Shown here: piece after piece, positions 11,318 through 40,949 of the stretch
Layout: the number at the start of each line of letters is the position of its first letter
Position numbering within the stretch: position 1 is the stretch's first letter
DNA from: Vicugna vicugna
Lineage: Eukaryota
Assembly: GCA_013265495.1 (NCBI GenBank)
Contig: MU061578.1
Location: 4,351,308-4,415,307 of the forward strand
Reading direction: 5' to 3'
DNA length: 64,000 nucleotides
Translations under genes and position numbers: made by a program
Notes under the pieces: generated by a model
Databases searched by the model: none
What the model saw: only the letters and a program-made list of their open reading frames with translations
What the model was told of the DNA's origin: nothing

Positions 11318-12579
11318 ACAGTTCTTTTGTTTTCATTCACAAATTAATGTTTTAATTAAAAAGTCAAAAATATATCCATCAATCAGTTTTTAAGTTTGAG
11401 CACGAGTTTAGGGGAGCAGAGGGAACTACATTTCAAAAGGAAAAAAAACCAATGCCCTTCAAGGAGAATGAAAAAAATATAGTTACTTTTAAAATAAATC
11501 TGTTCATATAAGCATAGCAACTGCAAAAGCTTTAAACTATGTAGTTAGTACTAAAGTTGTCCACTGGACAGACTTTATATAATCTCTTCCAATGACCATC
11601 TCTCTTACTCCTTAAAATACTTCTGGATGAAACAAATTTTCCTAACCTTGTAAAGGTAAGCCCAAAACTAAGTGACGCACTGGTTACTAGTGACTGACTG
11701 ACTAGAATTACCATAAGGGTAGTCCCGAGATGTTCAACATCATATACTAAAAGCAACAGTCTTACATAAACATAGTCATAAGCCCAGAGCAATTACACTG
11801 CATCATTAACACCAACTACCCCTCTTATACTATAGTGTTCCAATAAATAAAGACAGCCTCAAAGGAGAAAATAAGACACAAATTATGAGCATCCATAGAT
11901 GAGACAGTCCCAGCCTTTTGCTTTGGAAACCAGGAAACAGATGGTGGTTAAGGACCGATTCAACAAAATTGACAGTTTTCTTTCTTACTAGCTGCTTGTG
12001 AGTTGCTGTCAATCCTCCAACACCACGAGGACCCCCTAAAACCTAGACCCAGGTTCCAGCCCATCATACTCTAATGCCACTATCAGAGAAATTCTGTCTC
12101 CAAGTAATAGTAACGTGACACCACATAAAATGAGGAAAGTCTAGATTCAAGACAGGTCGTTTAGAAGGCTACGATGAAGTTCACTGTAACTTTAAAATAA
12201 CCTTGCATTAATTTGTTCCTAGCTGAACATTAGCCAGCAGTCTTGTTTCCTAGTATACTGCATTACATGTCTGCTGTCACCCAGCCTGGACCAAGAAGAG
12301 TAAACTAGCCACAAAAGTAGACCAACCATGTGGGTACAAATATACCCCAAGTTGTCTTTCCTCTGAGTGTTAACAGTACTTTAGTATCTCAAAGAGGGTG
12401 TAAATACTTGCTTAACTTTTATTGTCTGAATTAGAACTTAGTTTGAATCAAATTAACACCATCCAGTGAATAACTACTAACAAAAATGGCCTTTTCTGTT
12501 TACAGCCAAAAACTGGAGTCTGGAATGGTTTGTGCTTTTTGATTGACTTGCAACATGTGGCTGGGAACACAGTTCTTTT
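11318..12579 (-). pseudogene. Putative 5'-truncated processed (mRNA 3'UTR) retrocopy, parent gene unidentified
   Basis: 11-bp direct repeats ACAGTTCTTTT at 11318-11328 and 12569-12579; residual T tract; ATTAAA on the minus strand at 11351-11356; unique AT-rich interior. Confidence 0.55.
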
Positions 12580-13945
12580 TCTAAAACACCTTTATTGAAA
12601 TGTGATTCCCACACCATAAAAGCCAACCATTACCAGTATACAACTCAGTGATTCTTATTAAATTTGTATAGTGCAGCCACACCCATAGTCCAGCTTTAGA
12701 ACATTCTCGAACAGTATATGGTCTTCTGTCTCCTTTTGCACTGAACGTGTTTTCAGGGTTCATGCACATGATGGTGTGTCAGTGCTGCATTATTGTTATG
12801 GCTGATCAATACTTTTTTATGCATTTTTTATGCATTTACCACATTTGTTGACATCTGGCTTGTTTCTGTTTTGGGGTTATTGTGAATAATGTTGCCTTGA
12901 ACATTTGTGTATGAGTTTTTGTGTGGATACAGGTTTCACTCCTCTTGGGTGGGCTCTCAGGAGTGGAACTGCTGGCTGACATAGTATTTATGTCTAAATT
13001 TTTTAAAACCCTGTTTTCCAAAATGATTGTTTCACTTTACAAAGTATGAGAATTCCAGTTCCACATTCCATCAGTATTTGGTATGGTCAGTTTTGTTTTG
13101 TTGTTCTGAGCTGTTCTGTTTCTCTGACAATTGATGCTGGGCACCTTTTCATGTGTTTATTGGCATTTTTATATCTACAGTGTAATGTCTAAGACTTTTG
13201 CCCATTTTTTAAATTGAGCTGTGTTCCTACTGAGTTACAAGACTAGATATCATAGATACAAGACTATAAGCTATGGACTATCAGAGATAACATTTGCAGA
13301 TATTTTTCCATTTGTGGCTTGTCTCCATTTTTTTAAATGTTGGCTTTTGAAGTACAAAAGTTTATTTTAATTAAGTCCAATTGATCAGTTTTTTCTTCCA
13401 TGGCTTATGATTTTGATGTGGTGTCTAAGAATTCTACCCAACCCAAGATCACAAAGATCTTCTAATCAAGGAATATAGAATATCTAGCCATTTACTTGGA
13501 TCTTCTTTCTCTTAGCTTTTTTTTTTTTGTAGTTTACAGTGTATAAATCTGGTACTACTTTTGATAAAGTAATTTCTAAGTATTTTATTTTGATGCTATT
13601 GTGAATGGAATTTTCTTAATTTCATTTTCAGATTGTCATTAGTATGTATAAACACAGCAGGTTTCTGTTATATTGCATCCCAGGACCTTGCTAAACTTAC
13701 TAGTTTCAGGTATGTTTGTGTATCTGGACTCCTTAAGATCAGCTCCATACAGGGTCCCATCTGTGAAGGACACTTTTACAATCCTCCTTCCCAGTGTGCA
13801 CGCTGCCTTCTGTGTGTGCCTTAACTGCAGGTCTAGTACAATGTTGAGAAGTGGCAAGAGTGAGTCCCCTTGTTCCTGATTTTACAGGGAAGAATTCAGT
13901 CATTCACCATGAATTAGGAGCCTAGCTTGTGGTCTTCACAGATGC

Positions 13946-14397
13946 TGTCCCAAACACAGATGTCCATGTCCTTATCCCTGGAATTGTGAATGTGTCTGGT
14001 TACATGGCAAAGGGAAAATGAGGTTGCTAATCAGCTGACCGTAAGATAAACATGGATTTTCCAGGAGGCCCCAATGTAGTTACAAGGGTCCTTAAAAGTG
14101 GAAGAAGAGGGGATCAGAAGAGGTCAGTGTGAGACAATGAGAGGACTCAACCCACAGTTGCTGACTTTCGAAGTGAAGGGAGGTGGTCAGGAGCCAAGGA
14201 ATGCAGGCGTCTCTAGCAGTAGGAAAGGGCAAGGAAAGTCCCCGGCAGCCTCCAGAAGGAACAGCTCTGCCGACGCTTTTAGTCCCATGAGAATCGTATC
14301 AGACCTCTGATCTCCAGAACTGTCAGATGATACACTTGTGATGTTTTGAACAACTACGTATGTAATGATCTGATACAGCAGCATTTGGAAATTAACA
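13946..14397 (+). mobile_element. MLT1D-like solo LTR (MaLR) nested in L1
   Basis: TG...CA ends, near-duplicated 5-bp target gatgc/gatgt, and motifs gttgctaatcagctgacc, ggagccaaggaatgcaggc, ctccagaactgt. Confidence 0.85.
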
Positions 14398-14695
14398 GAT
14401 GTCCTTTATCAGGTTGAAAAGGTTCTCATCTATTCCTAGTTTGTTGACATTTTTTAATCACAAGTGGTTGTGGGATTTTTGCCAGATATTTTCCTGCATC
14501 TATTGAGATGATCTTATGAATTCTGCCCTTTATTCTGTGAAAATGGTTTATTATGTTAACTGGTTTTTAGATGTTTAACCAACCTTGCATTCCTGTGATA
14601 AATCCTGCTTGGCCATGGTGTATGTTGCTGTATTTCAGTTGCTAATATTTTAAGGATTTTACAACCATGTTCATGTGAGACACATGATCTCTGGC

Positions 14696-14696
14696 G

Positions 14697-14732
<36 letters not shown>
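14696..14732. repeat. (TG)n microsatellite
   Basis: Direct observation. Confidence 0.95.
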
Positions 14733-16859
14733 ATGTCTTTTACTTTGGTATCAGGATAACACTAGCCTCTCAAAATGAGTTGGATTTTCTGAGAGTTTGT
14801 GAGTGACTGGTGTTACTGATAGCATGTAACTGGTGAAGCCACATGGACCTGAGCTTTCCTTTGTATAAAGACTTGACTTTAGTTAAATCAGTTTCAGTGA
14901 TTTGTGTCTTTCTAGGGATTTGTCCGTTTCATCTAGTTTGTTGGTACAGTCTCCCTGGTATTCCCTTATAAGGCCTGTTCATTTCTGTAGAATTAGTAGT
15001 GATGTCCCCTCTTTCATTCATGATTTTGTTAATTGGTGTGTTACTTTGTTGATCAGTGGTTTTTCTGTTTCACTGATTTCCTTGTTAATCATTCTTTCTT
15101 TCTGCTTCCCTTGGGGTTTGTCTGCTCTTCTTTAGTGTTTTAAGGTAGAAGCTGAGATTTTTTTAATTGAGGCCTTTTCTTATATAGGTGTTAAAAAACG
15201 GTACATCTTTCTGTACCACTGCTTTAGCTGTATCCCACACATTTTGATATACTGTGTTTTCATTTTCACCCACACACTATTTAGATGTGTTATTTAACTT
15301 CCAAACATGGGGGGCTTTCCAGACTTCTGTTGTAGATATCTAATTCCACTGGAGTTTGAAATTATGCAAAGTATGTTCTCCGTCTTTTAAAACTTATTGT
15401 GATTTGTCTTGTGGTCTGTGATATCATCTATCCTGGGAGAATGTTCCATGAGCACCTGAAAATGATGGTGGAATGTTCTATAAACAGGTTCAGCCAAGTG
15501 ACAGTGTCCTGTTATCAAATGGAGTATTAAAAATCTGCACTATTGCTGAATTATCTATTTTCCCTTTCAGTTTCTAAAATTCTTTCCCCCACTGACTACC
15601 CTACCACCCCTGCCCATTCAAACTAGATACTAGATGTTCATTCCTTCAACAGAAGATCGTTAGAACAGAAATCAGAAAAAAGAAATTATTGGTTGCAGAG
15701 CTTAACAAAGCAAGATTCTAGCCTAAAAATATTTGCTGACAAAGATATTTTTTAAAAACTCTTCGAGCTCGGAGAGCAGGAGAAAGGCTGGAGAAGGAAG
15801 GGAGAGACAGGACCTGGTGTTCTGCTCCCTGAGTGGAACCCCAGATGGGCTTGAGGGCCTGAGAGCGGAGGTGACCCTGACCTCTGCTGAGGGCTGACTG
15901 TTCAAACAAACACAGTGGAAAGGGTGTGTGTGTCCTGGGGGCACACATGGGGGCAGGGCCAGCCTTCCTCTCTGGATCTACAGCCCCTGGGCCAGGCTCT
16001 CCCGGATCCACCGAGATCCACCTGTCTCCGCTGCCCCAACTCGGAACCAGTCTCCGTACAAGATGGTCCTGGACGAGCCTCTCCTTTACAGTTTCACTGA
16101 CAGATTAATAATTACAAGTTTCAGATTACTAGAGGTGAGGGCTGTACAACATTGTGAATTACTAAATGCCACTGAATTGTACGCTCAGTTGTGTGCTGTA
16201 TGACTCTCCCCTCAATTTAAAAATAAATTTAAAGGGTTCTAATTAATAAAATGCAGTCACTACTAAAACCTAAGCAATTTTATAGCTGAAAAGAAACAGA
16301 CCACACCGGGACAGCACGTGACAAATGCAGGGCAGGTGGGCGGCTATTGGGAAAACAGTGAGGACTTGGCCAGGCCAGTGTGCTGGCCCGGGGAAGGAAG
16401 ACCACCACCCAGGGGCGCGTCCCAGAGGGTCAGACTAAATGCACAGGGACGAAGCCTGGTGAGAGAGTCTCTACTCAGGGAAATAGGTGACAGAATGGTT
16501 AGGTGGGCACTGGGTCAGGAATCAGCAACAGGTAGTGAGAACACCTGGGCTGTTTATTTCCTATGGAGTAGCATCAGTCCACCTGTACAGGTGCCTGGGA
16601 GGAAATAAACGAGGAATCGTGAAAGTTACTGCAGCCAGAACGTAGCGCTACCCAGCGGACACTGCGGGGGACCTTTTAGCTTTATGGTCTCTAGGAAAAA
16701 GGCTGGGAGGGGATGAGGTCCCTGGGGAACTGAGAAAGCATGGAGCCCAAAGCGAGAGGACACAACCAAGGGCTCTGCTGGGAAGGGGGAAGGGACACAG
16801 ACGTGCACATCAGAGACACGAAGACTTTACAGGCCGGATTTGAAAACGCAGGAAATAAA

Positions 16860-19800
16860 AAACTTACATAAGTGGCTGAAGAACAAAGTAACAGCCCTTA
16901 TAACCATGAAGAAACAGGATCACTAGTTTTAAAAACACCCACAAAAGAAAACACCGGGCTCAGACTAGAATTACCTCCTACAAACGCCCCAGGAGGTGAG
17001 AAGAATTTCCACAACACCTTAGCATTTCCGAAACCAGGCAGGGACAGTACAAGAGTGAACCAGCGGCCGAAGTTCTGACAAAAGGGGATTTCGCCCAAGA
17101 TACGGCGACACCACTGAAAACCGTTCGCACCACCCCCCGGACCAAAGGAGATGCAATGAGACCCCCACTCGGACAACGTGCAAGCCAGGAAGACAGCTCA
17201 CTGCGATGACCACAGCTACGCAGACCACGCACCAATCTGCAGGGGCCAGCTGGCGGCTTCCTCCGGGGAACACCCCCCTCTAGACCACCCTGCCCTCCTG
17301 ACGTTGGCTCACTCTCCTGGCTTCAGGACTCCCCATGTGCTGGAGACACATTCAACCTGACTTGCCAAAACCCGGCCACACAGGTCTCAGCCCCTCAGTC
17401 TCCCCTTCCCAGGAAATGGACGTGGACTCCCAACTTAGCACTCAGCTCAGAGCCAGCCTGGGACCAAATGCTGCTGCCTCTACCTCGGCTCCCACTGGGA
17501 ACCCGCCGCTCTACCACCTCAACCAGCACCACTGGTCTCCTTGCTAGTGGCCCTGCCATCACACCTGAGAAATCTGGGTAAAGGTCAGCTCTGATCCCAT
17601 GTCTGCACAGCTCAGAGTGGACATCACACAGTCTATACACTGACCCACCTTATCACTGCTCCCCACCCCCTCCTCTGGCTCAGCTCAGCTCAGCCACACT
17701 GGCCTCTTGCTCTTCTGCAGACCGGCCCCAGGGCCTTTGCACTTGTTTTCTTCCAAATATCTGCATGGCTCCCTCTGTCCATCCCCTCAAGTTTTACTCA
17801 CCTCGTCAAGGCCACCCCTGGCCACCCACCCTATTTAAGGATGACATCGGCAGCTCTCTCTGCACCTTTTCCTCCTTCACCTTTTCCCTGGTACCTCCTC
17901 TGTCTAACCTGCCCAGTGTCCCACTCACCTGATAGAGAGTGGTATTCCTGCACCAAGACAGGGATTTCCATCTGTTCCCTCTGAATCCGCAAAGCAGCCT
18001 GCCATCTGCCACATCATCAGCATTCAGATATTTGTTAAACCAATGAAATCGGGAATAAAGGCCACTGTGCCTGCTTGCCTCACTTCAACACAGGAGATGT
18101 AGGAAACAAAAGTGTCAGTGACTGTACCACAAAGGCCCACAGAACAGTTGCCATTAGGGTGAGCAAGCTTAGCGGGGCTCCCAGGGACAAGGGTGACTGC
18201 CCTCCTGCGCACTCCTGACCTCAGGAGAGACCTAAAAAAAGACGCCATTTACAACAGCATCAAAATAAAGCACCTGGGGCCAGAGTTCCAGAGAGCCGGC
18301 CTCCAGGGAGGGAGTTACAAACCCTGGTGGGAAAGGCATCTGCTGCACAGCCGTGTGTCCAGCCTTCCCCCTGGTTTGGGGAGGGAGCCTCTGATTCCTT
18401 GGAGTGACCTGAGGGGTGGGTACTCGTTAGTCACAGTAGCCCCGGCCACCCGAGTTGACACTAATGAGGTGACTAAATGGAGGCTGTCACCGGGCAGAAC
18501 CACCCTGTGATCAGAGGGTGGGACGTCCTGGGAGGAGGGGCTGGAGTTCAGGCCAGGGATGACACAGTGACACCCCAAACCAACTGGACAGGGAGGCTCA
18601 GCGGGACGTGCCAGGAGGGTGGTGTGCTGGAGGGACAGCACTCAGCCCAGATCCTCCCCACCTTGCGTGTGGGTCTCTTCACTTGTCCAGTCCTGCTTTG
18701 TGTCTGTTATAATAAGACTGTAAAATCGTAAGTCTAGTGCTTCCCTGGATTCTGAGTCATCCTAGTGAGCTGCTGAATCCGAGGGGGATCATGAGAACCT
18801 CTGAACTTGTCGCCAGTTGGTCAGAAGTGCACGTGGCCTGGGGACCCCAGCTTCTGGCTGGTGTCCGAGGTGAGGGCAGCCTTGATGGGGGACTGTGCCC
18901 CTCCCCTGTGGCAGTGCTGACGCTGCTGGACGGCAGCAGAGCTGCCCTGCACACACAGCGCGACAGCACTGCAGACCCAAGTGGCTGCACCAGCAGCGTG
19001 TTCGTAATTTGCAACTCTCCACGTCACAACAAGCCACTTCTTCCAATCCAGCGGGTCCACATTTCTCCAGTGCAAATCCCAGATGTAAATATCCTGATAT
19101 TTACACATATGAGCAAAGGGCCAAGACTCCCTTGATGGATGTGGTTGGGCGAGCCCCTTGCTGGAAATGAACTGTCCTAAAGCTGTCATAACAGGGAACC
19201 TGGGGCCGACGTCAGGACAGACAGACATACCAGTGGAATGCAGAGCCATGAAACAGGTCTAGACCCCTGGACGCCGGCTCACCAGGGCAGGCAGTGCCCA
19301 GGGGGAGGGGCACCGGGTGACCATCTCCAGCCACCAGCATAAACAGCATGGTAAAAAGAATCACAAACCGGAATGTGAAAAGTAAAACAAAGAACTAGTG
19401 GATGAAATACAGGAAGGCGTCAGAGGCAGGAAAGGGTAGTTAAACAGGACACAAAAGCATTTACCATGAAGGAAAAAAATATACATTTGACTACATTAAA
19501 TTAAGAACTTCTTCAACGAGACACCAGAGTGTAAAGCCAACAACAAACTAGGAGAAAACTGCAAACATACAGAATCAAACGTGCAATATGAAACAAAGGA
19601 CTCCTACTGATCAGTGAGAAACACAAACCTGATAGAAAACCAGGGAAGAAACCTAAGAGAAGAGGCAGCTCCCAAGTGAGGAAATCCAAGCGGCCAGTAA
19701 GCGTGTGAAAAGCAGTCAGCCTCCCGCGTAACCAGGTGACACGTGTGGAACCTCCGCAAGGCGCCTTCCACGCCCCGGACCGAGAGCGGCGGGCACAGCG

Positions 19801-20000
19801 GGACCGGCCAGCTTTACCAGCTGGGCTGGATGCTCTCTGAAGCACTCTCTCCACCGGCCGGCATCCGCTTCTTGGGGCAGCCCAGGCCTGGACGAGAGCA
19901 CAACAAAGCCATGCATCGCAGACACAGGACACTGGCCACAAGTCCAACCCAGAACTCAGAGGAGGGAAGCGGGACCTTGGCAGGCACCTGTGGGAGAGGG
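16860..20000 (+). mobile_element. Very degraded L1 ORF2 remnants interspersed with L2 (about 17400-18050) and MER21 sequence
   Basis: Fragments such as ccatttacaacagcatcaaaataaagcacctggg and gactacattaaattaagaacttct; boundaries approximate. Confidence 0.55.
18350..18965 (+). mobile_element. MER21-family LTR
   Basis: ctaatgaggtgact, tgtgatcagagggtggga, ttataataagactgtaa...gtaagt and ttggtcagaagt motifs. Confidence 0.75.
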
Positions 20001-22021
20001 GCCTTGTGGCAGCTGGTTCCAAAAAGAACCACCCACCCTTACCGCAGCCTTTGTGCTGCTGGTGGGAACTGGCGATGAGCTCCACATCCCCAGGGAGGGG
20101 CTGTCAGAAACACAAGGGCCACCTGGGGGGTGGGGCAGCACCCACAGGCCCACAGCAATCCTCGTGCTGGCCTTGGGCATCACAAAGCAAGGGATCCCAA
20201 GTCGACTGCATCAGCATTTCCAGTTGGCGGTACAAAGCTATGAAATGAAGCGTCTAGAAGGACTCGTGCAAACCCCTCCACACCCCAGGTGGTAGGGGGC
20301 TGCTGGTCACAGGGAGCTTTGGCTCCACCTAGAACGTCATCTTTGGACAGGAATGACTGTGATCCTCATGCAATTTTTAAATCTCCTGGACTCCCGGCTG
20401 TGTGGCCCACACAGGCAGCTGCAGAGTGACACAGACCCGAGCTTAGATAGTCCAGGGACCTGAGGAATCCAGGGAGATGGCGACAGACAACAGCGCTGTG
20501 TCATGACTGGCCTGGATGAGGAGGGAAGGGCACGACCTCAAAGGGAGCGGGCAGAGGGTCTCAGCTGGACAGAAAAGTGTTCAGTGAGCATCACTGCGGC
20601 GGGTGAGGCCAGGAGACTCACATGACCAGCTCAGCGAGCAAAGCTGTCACAAACCCTGGGTCCTGGCACTGTTCCTGTCACAGACCAAGGTCAGACAGAA
20701 AACCTCCAGGTCTAGAAATGGGTTGGTTGGGTACGGACAGCCCATCTTCCCAGCAGCCCTTCCTGCCTCCAACTGTTCCCATGTCTGGACCGTGTGCCCC
20801 CAAGTCTCATCCCTCCTTCCTCCCGCCTCAGGGCCCTGGGTGCTATCATGACCCACTGGGCCGGCTAGGATCTCCCAGCGGCTCTGCCTGAGACATGACT
20901 CGATGTAATCAGAGCCACCTGGTTCCCCAGGGTCCAAGACCAGCCAGAGACTGCAGACAAAGGGGCCCAGCCTAGCACAGCTGCTTCCCAGGACGGCGCA
21001 TTTCAAGTTTCTCAAGCAAGAGCAGAAGGAATGGCTGCAGAGCAGGGACGCCCAGACCCCACCTCAAGATTAGGCTTCCCCCATGCTGCCACCAGGAGGA
21101 AGGACTCTGAGCCCTCTCCCTGCCGGGGACTTGAGAGGATCAGACCTCAGGCAGGGACAGCGCAGGACCAACAGTTCTGTCTGATAGCCCCGGGCCCCAC
21201 GCATCCCCACTGCAGACACACATCCCGGCATCCCTGCGTCAGCTCCTGTGCCCACTCAAGGCACAGTGCCCCATGCTGGTTGCTGGGAGCATCCCCAGGA
21301 CAGGCCAGCCTTCAGAGGGACGGACGTGCAGAGCTTGGAGCTCCTCTGGCACCAGCTGCCCCAGGCTCCCAGCCACACACTCCCAGCCCGAGGCCCCGGC
21401 CCAGCCCTGCAGTGCAGGAATGTCTTCAGCATCGCCCCAGCCTCTGGCCTCGAGCACACAGATGTACATCAATGACCACTTGCTGCCCCAGCCCAGGTAG
21501 GCGCTCAAGGCCGAGCCCTGGGGTCCTGCTGCCCGTCAACATGGACAAGTCGTTGTGAAGATGAGTTGTGAGGTAAGTCTAGAGGTGAGGGGATGATGCC
21601 ATGCAGCGGTGGGAAAAGAGGGGAGCGTGCCCCTCCCAGGGGCTTGTTCTGGAAAGTCCGGACTTGAAGCACTGAAAATACAGGGCCTGCCGGCCTCGGC
21701 GGGGGCAGAGGGGCCACTCTTGTTGAGGCAGCATGTAGAGGTTCACAAGGCAACTGTGGGGACCCCATGGACAGACCAGAGACAACACACAGTCTGCAAG
21801 CAGAGCTTCCAGGAATAAACACTTTCTAAACTTATTCTCTCATAAATATGCATTAGAACATTTGATGACACAAGCAAAGGGCTCTAAAATTAACTTAAAA
21901 TTAATCTGAGACTGAATTTCCTGCAGTCCTGGCTGGAAATTCACCTAAAACAGCTGAATACCCAAATGTGCTTGAAGGCAGAGGTGGCAGCAGCCACAGG
22001 CGCCCAGGCCTCACGGCCACG

Positions 22022-38711
<16,690 letters not shown>

Positions 38712-39211
38712 GACCAGGGCGGCGGGCGGGCGGCAGCGCGGCGGGCGGGCGGGCTGCACAAGCCGGCGTCAGCACACCGCGGCCAATCAGCGCCCGCCTC
38801 CCAGCCCCTCGCCAATTTGCGCTCACGTCAACTCCGTGCCCTCCGCCTGCCCCACACTCCGGCCAATTAGCGCCCTAGTCTCGCCCGAGCCCCCGGCCAA
38901 TCAGGGCTCGCGTCCACAGCGGTGCCTGCCCAGCGCCTGGCTGCCGCGGGCCTGAGTGCGACGTGAGAGGCGGCGGTGGCCGGAGAGCTGCTCAAGAGCC
39001 TCCGCCGCTCTCCTGGGACCAGGCCGCATCCCGAGGCCAGTCATTCCTGAGGCAGCCACTGGACAGCGGCTCCCAAGAGGGCGAGCGCCGTGACTCCCGA
39101 GCACTCGGCGGATTCAGCGGGATAGCTCTCCTAGGTAGTTGGTCCTCTCTGGGAAGCCGTAGGCGCCCAGTGGCGGAGTCCACGTGACTCCGGGGACAAC
39201 GGGCAGAAGCC

Positions 39212-39877
39212 ATGGCTGCCACCAGGCCGCTGTCCCGCTTCTGGGAGTGGGGAAAGAACATCGTGTGCGTGGGCAGGAACTATGCGGATCACGTCAGGGA
39301 GATGCAGAGCGCGGTACTGAGCGAGCCGGTGCTCTTCCTGAAGCCGTCCACCGCCTACGCCCCAGAGGGCTCGCCGGTCCTGATGCCCGCCTACAGCCGC
39401 AACCTGCACCATGAGCTCGAGCTGGGCGTAGTGATGGGCAAGCGCTGCCGCGCCGTCCCGGAGGCTGCGGCCATGGATTACGTGGCCGGCTATGCCCTGT
39501 GCCTGGACATGACCGCCAGGGATGTGCAGGACGAGTGCAAGAAGAAGGGGCTGCCTTGGACTCTGGCCAAGAGCTTCACGGCCTCCTGCCCCGTCAGCGC
39601 GTTCGTGCCCAAAGAGAAGATCCCTGACCCTCACAACCTGAAGCTCTGGCTCAAGGTCAACGGCGAACTCAGGCAGGAGGGTGAGACATCCTCCATGATT
39701 TTTTCCATCCCCTACATCATCAGCTACGTTTCTAAGATAATGACCTTGGAAGAAGGAGATATTATCTTGACTGGGACGCCAAAGGGAGTGGGACCTGTTA
39801 AAGAAAACGATGAGATCCAGGCTGGCATACACGGGGTCGTCAGTATGAAATTTAAAGTGGAAAGGCCAGAATATTGA
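39212..39877 (+). CDS. FAHD1: FAHD1, fumarylacetoacetate hydrolase domain-containing protein 1 (mitochondrial oxaloacetate tautomerase/decarboxylase, acylpyruvase), intronless, 221 aa
   Basis: CVGRNYADH, FLKP, HHELELG, DMTARD, WTLAKSF and GDIILTGTP FAH-fold motifs; Kozak context gccATGG. Confidence 0.98.
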   Translation: MAATRPLSRFWEWGKNIVCVGRNYADHVREMQSAVLSEPVLFLKPSTAYAPEGSPVLMPAYSRNLHHELELGVVMGKRCRAVPEAAAMDYVAGYALCLDMTARDVQDECKKKGLPWTLAKSFTASCPVSAFVPKEKIPDPHNLKLWLKVNGELRQEGETSSMIFSIPYIISYVSKIMTLEEGDIILTGTPKGVGPVKENDEIQAGIHGVVSMKFKVERPEY

Positions 39878-39936
39878 GTCTATACAAAGCCCCCTAACTT
39901 ATTAACACAAGTTTCAGGGCAGAAGAGAACGAGACA

Positions 39937-39956
39937 AAGCAAGCAAGCAAGCAAGC
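39937..39956. repeat. (AAGC)5 tetranucleotide repeat in the FAHD1 3'UTR
   Basis: Direct observation. Confidence 0.85.
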
Positions 39957-40019
39957 AAAGGTTATTTAATTAAATATGACAATTTTTAAAATAAGAAGCC
40001 AATTTTTTAAATGATTGGA

Positions 40020-40087
40020 TTAACTAAATCACAATGCTGTACACCAGAAGTTACAACATTGTAAACCAACTATACTTCAATTAAAAA
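40020..40087 (+). mobile_element. Short L1 3'-terminal fragment in the FAHD1 3'UTR
   Basis: aatcacaatgctgtacaccagaa...acaacattgtaaaccaactatacttcaattaaaaa resembles the artiodactyl L1 3' tail. Confidence 0.75.
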
Positions 40088-40345
40088 GGGGATGTAAATT
40101 AACAAGTGATTGTATTGCTATACCTCAACCCAAGGAAGATGGACGCTCCAGGAAAAACCTGATCTAGAAGAGTTGGACCAGAAACAGAAATGAAAAACAG
40201 TGCCTTCTAGGAAACAGCAAACCACATGTTCAGAAGACTTCCTCTCCTAAAACTCTACTGGATAAGACTTTTTTCATTGGGCCATTTCTGGGACCAGGTG
40301 TTCAAGACTTAATATCTGCAAAGGAAGCAGAAAAGTACGTTTCAT

Positions 40346-40506
40346 CAGTGTTTCCCAAATTTTCTTGATCATGAAAATCATCTGGAGGTATTTAAAAATA
40401 AAAATCTCCAAATTACTGGCCCATCCCAGGCCCAATGTATTAATGGAATTAATTAATCTCAAGTGCTCCAAGTGATTCTTATCACGGAAATGTAGAAAAA
40501 CACTAC
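40346..40506. mobile_element. MER5A-like DNA transposon remnant
   Basis: cagtgtttcccaaa ... aagtgattcttat...aaacact termini. Confidence 0.6.
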
Positions 40507-40949
40507 TCCACATAATAGTTAATTAAAAGTTTTATTTAATAAGTGAGCAATTAATGAAGACTTCACTTGTTTACTTAGAGGGTGTATTCTGGCCCACAGA
40601 TTCTGAGTTTGGGAGATAATTTTGAAAGCATTGTTTCCCGAATGAGTATGCTGTCTTTTGTGTGGCCTAAAAGTATACTCCACCCCCACCCCAAATAGTG
40701 GTTAGGAGGAACACTTCCTTGTTAAGGGACTTCAGACTTTGGTCTTTGGCCTTTGGCCTTGTGAGCACTGTGCTTTATTAACAGAGTTAATCAGCACCTG
40801 TACCTCCCGCCCAGCTTCAGGGAGGTCAGATGTCCTGGGAGTGCTGCTTTTGCTCTCACCTCCTCCCTTCTCTGACAAAAGCTAGGTGAGTGCTCAGTAC
40901 AGCTATCAGAGTTCCTGGTGGAGTCCTTTAGGCTTAGGCAGGGGCTCCT

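Larger units (their letters stand above)
12580..15580 (-). mobile_element. Old L1M element (3' end plus ORF2 remnants), interrupted by an MLT1 LTR
   Basis: Typical antisense L1 text such as tttattgaaatgtgatt, ttgatgctattgtgaatggaatt and ccaaccttgcattcctg. Confidence 0.8.

Noticed and set aside
21405..21500. Exon-like + strand segment (cag...NVFSIAPASG...CAG|gtagg)
   Set aside because: In-frame stop, no partner exons and no recognisable homology
39131..39832. 233-aa ORF antisense to FAHD1
   Set aside because: Shadow ORF of a GC-rich coding sequence
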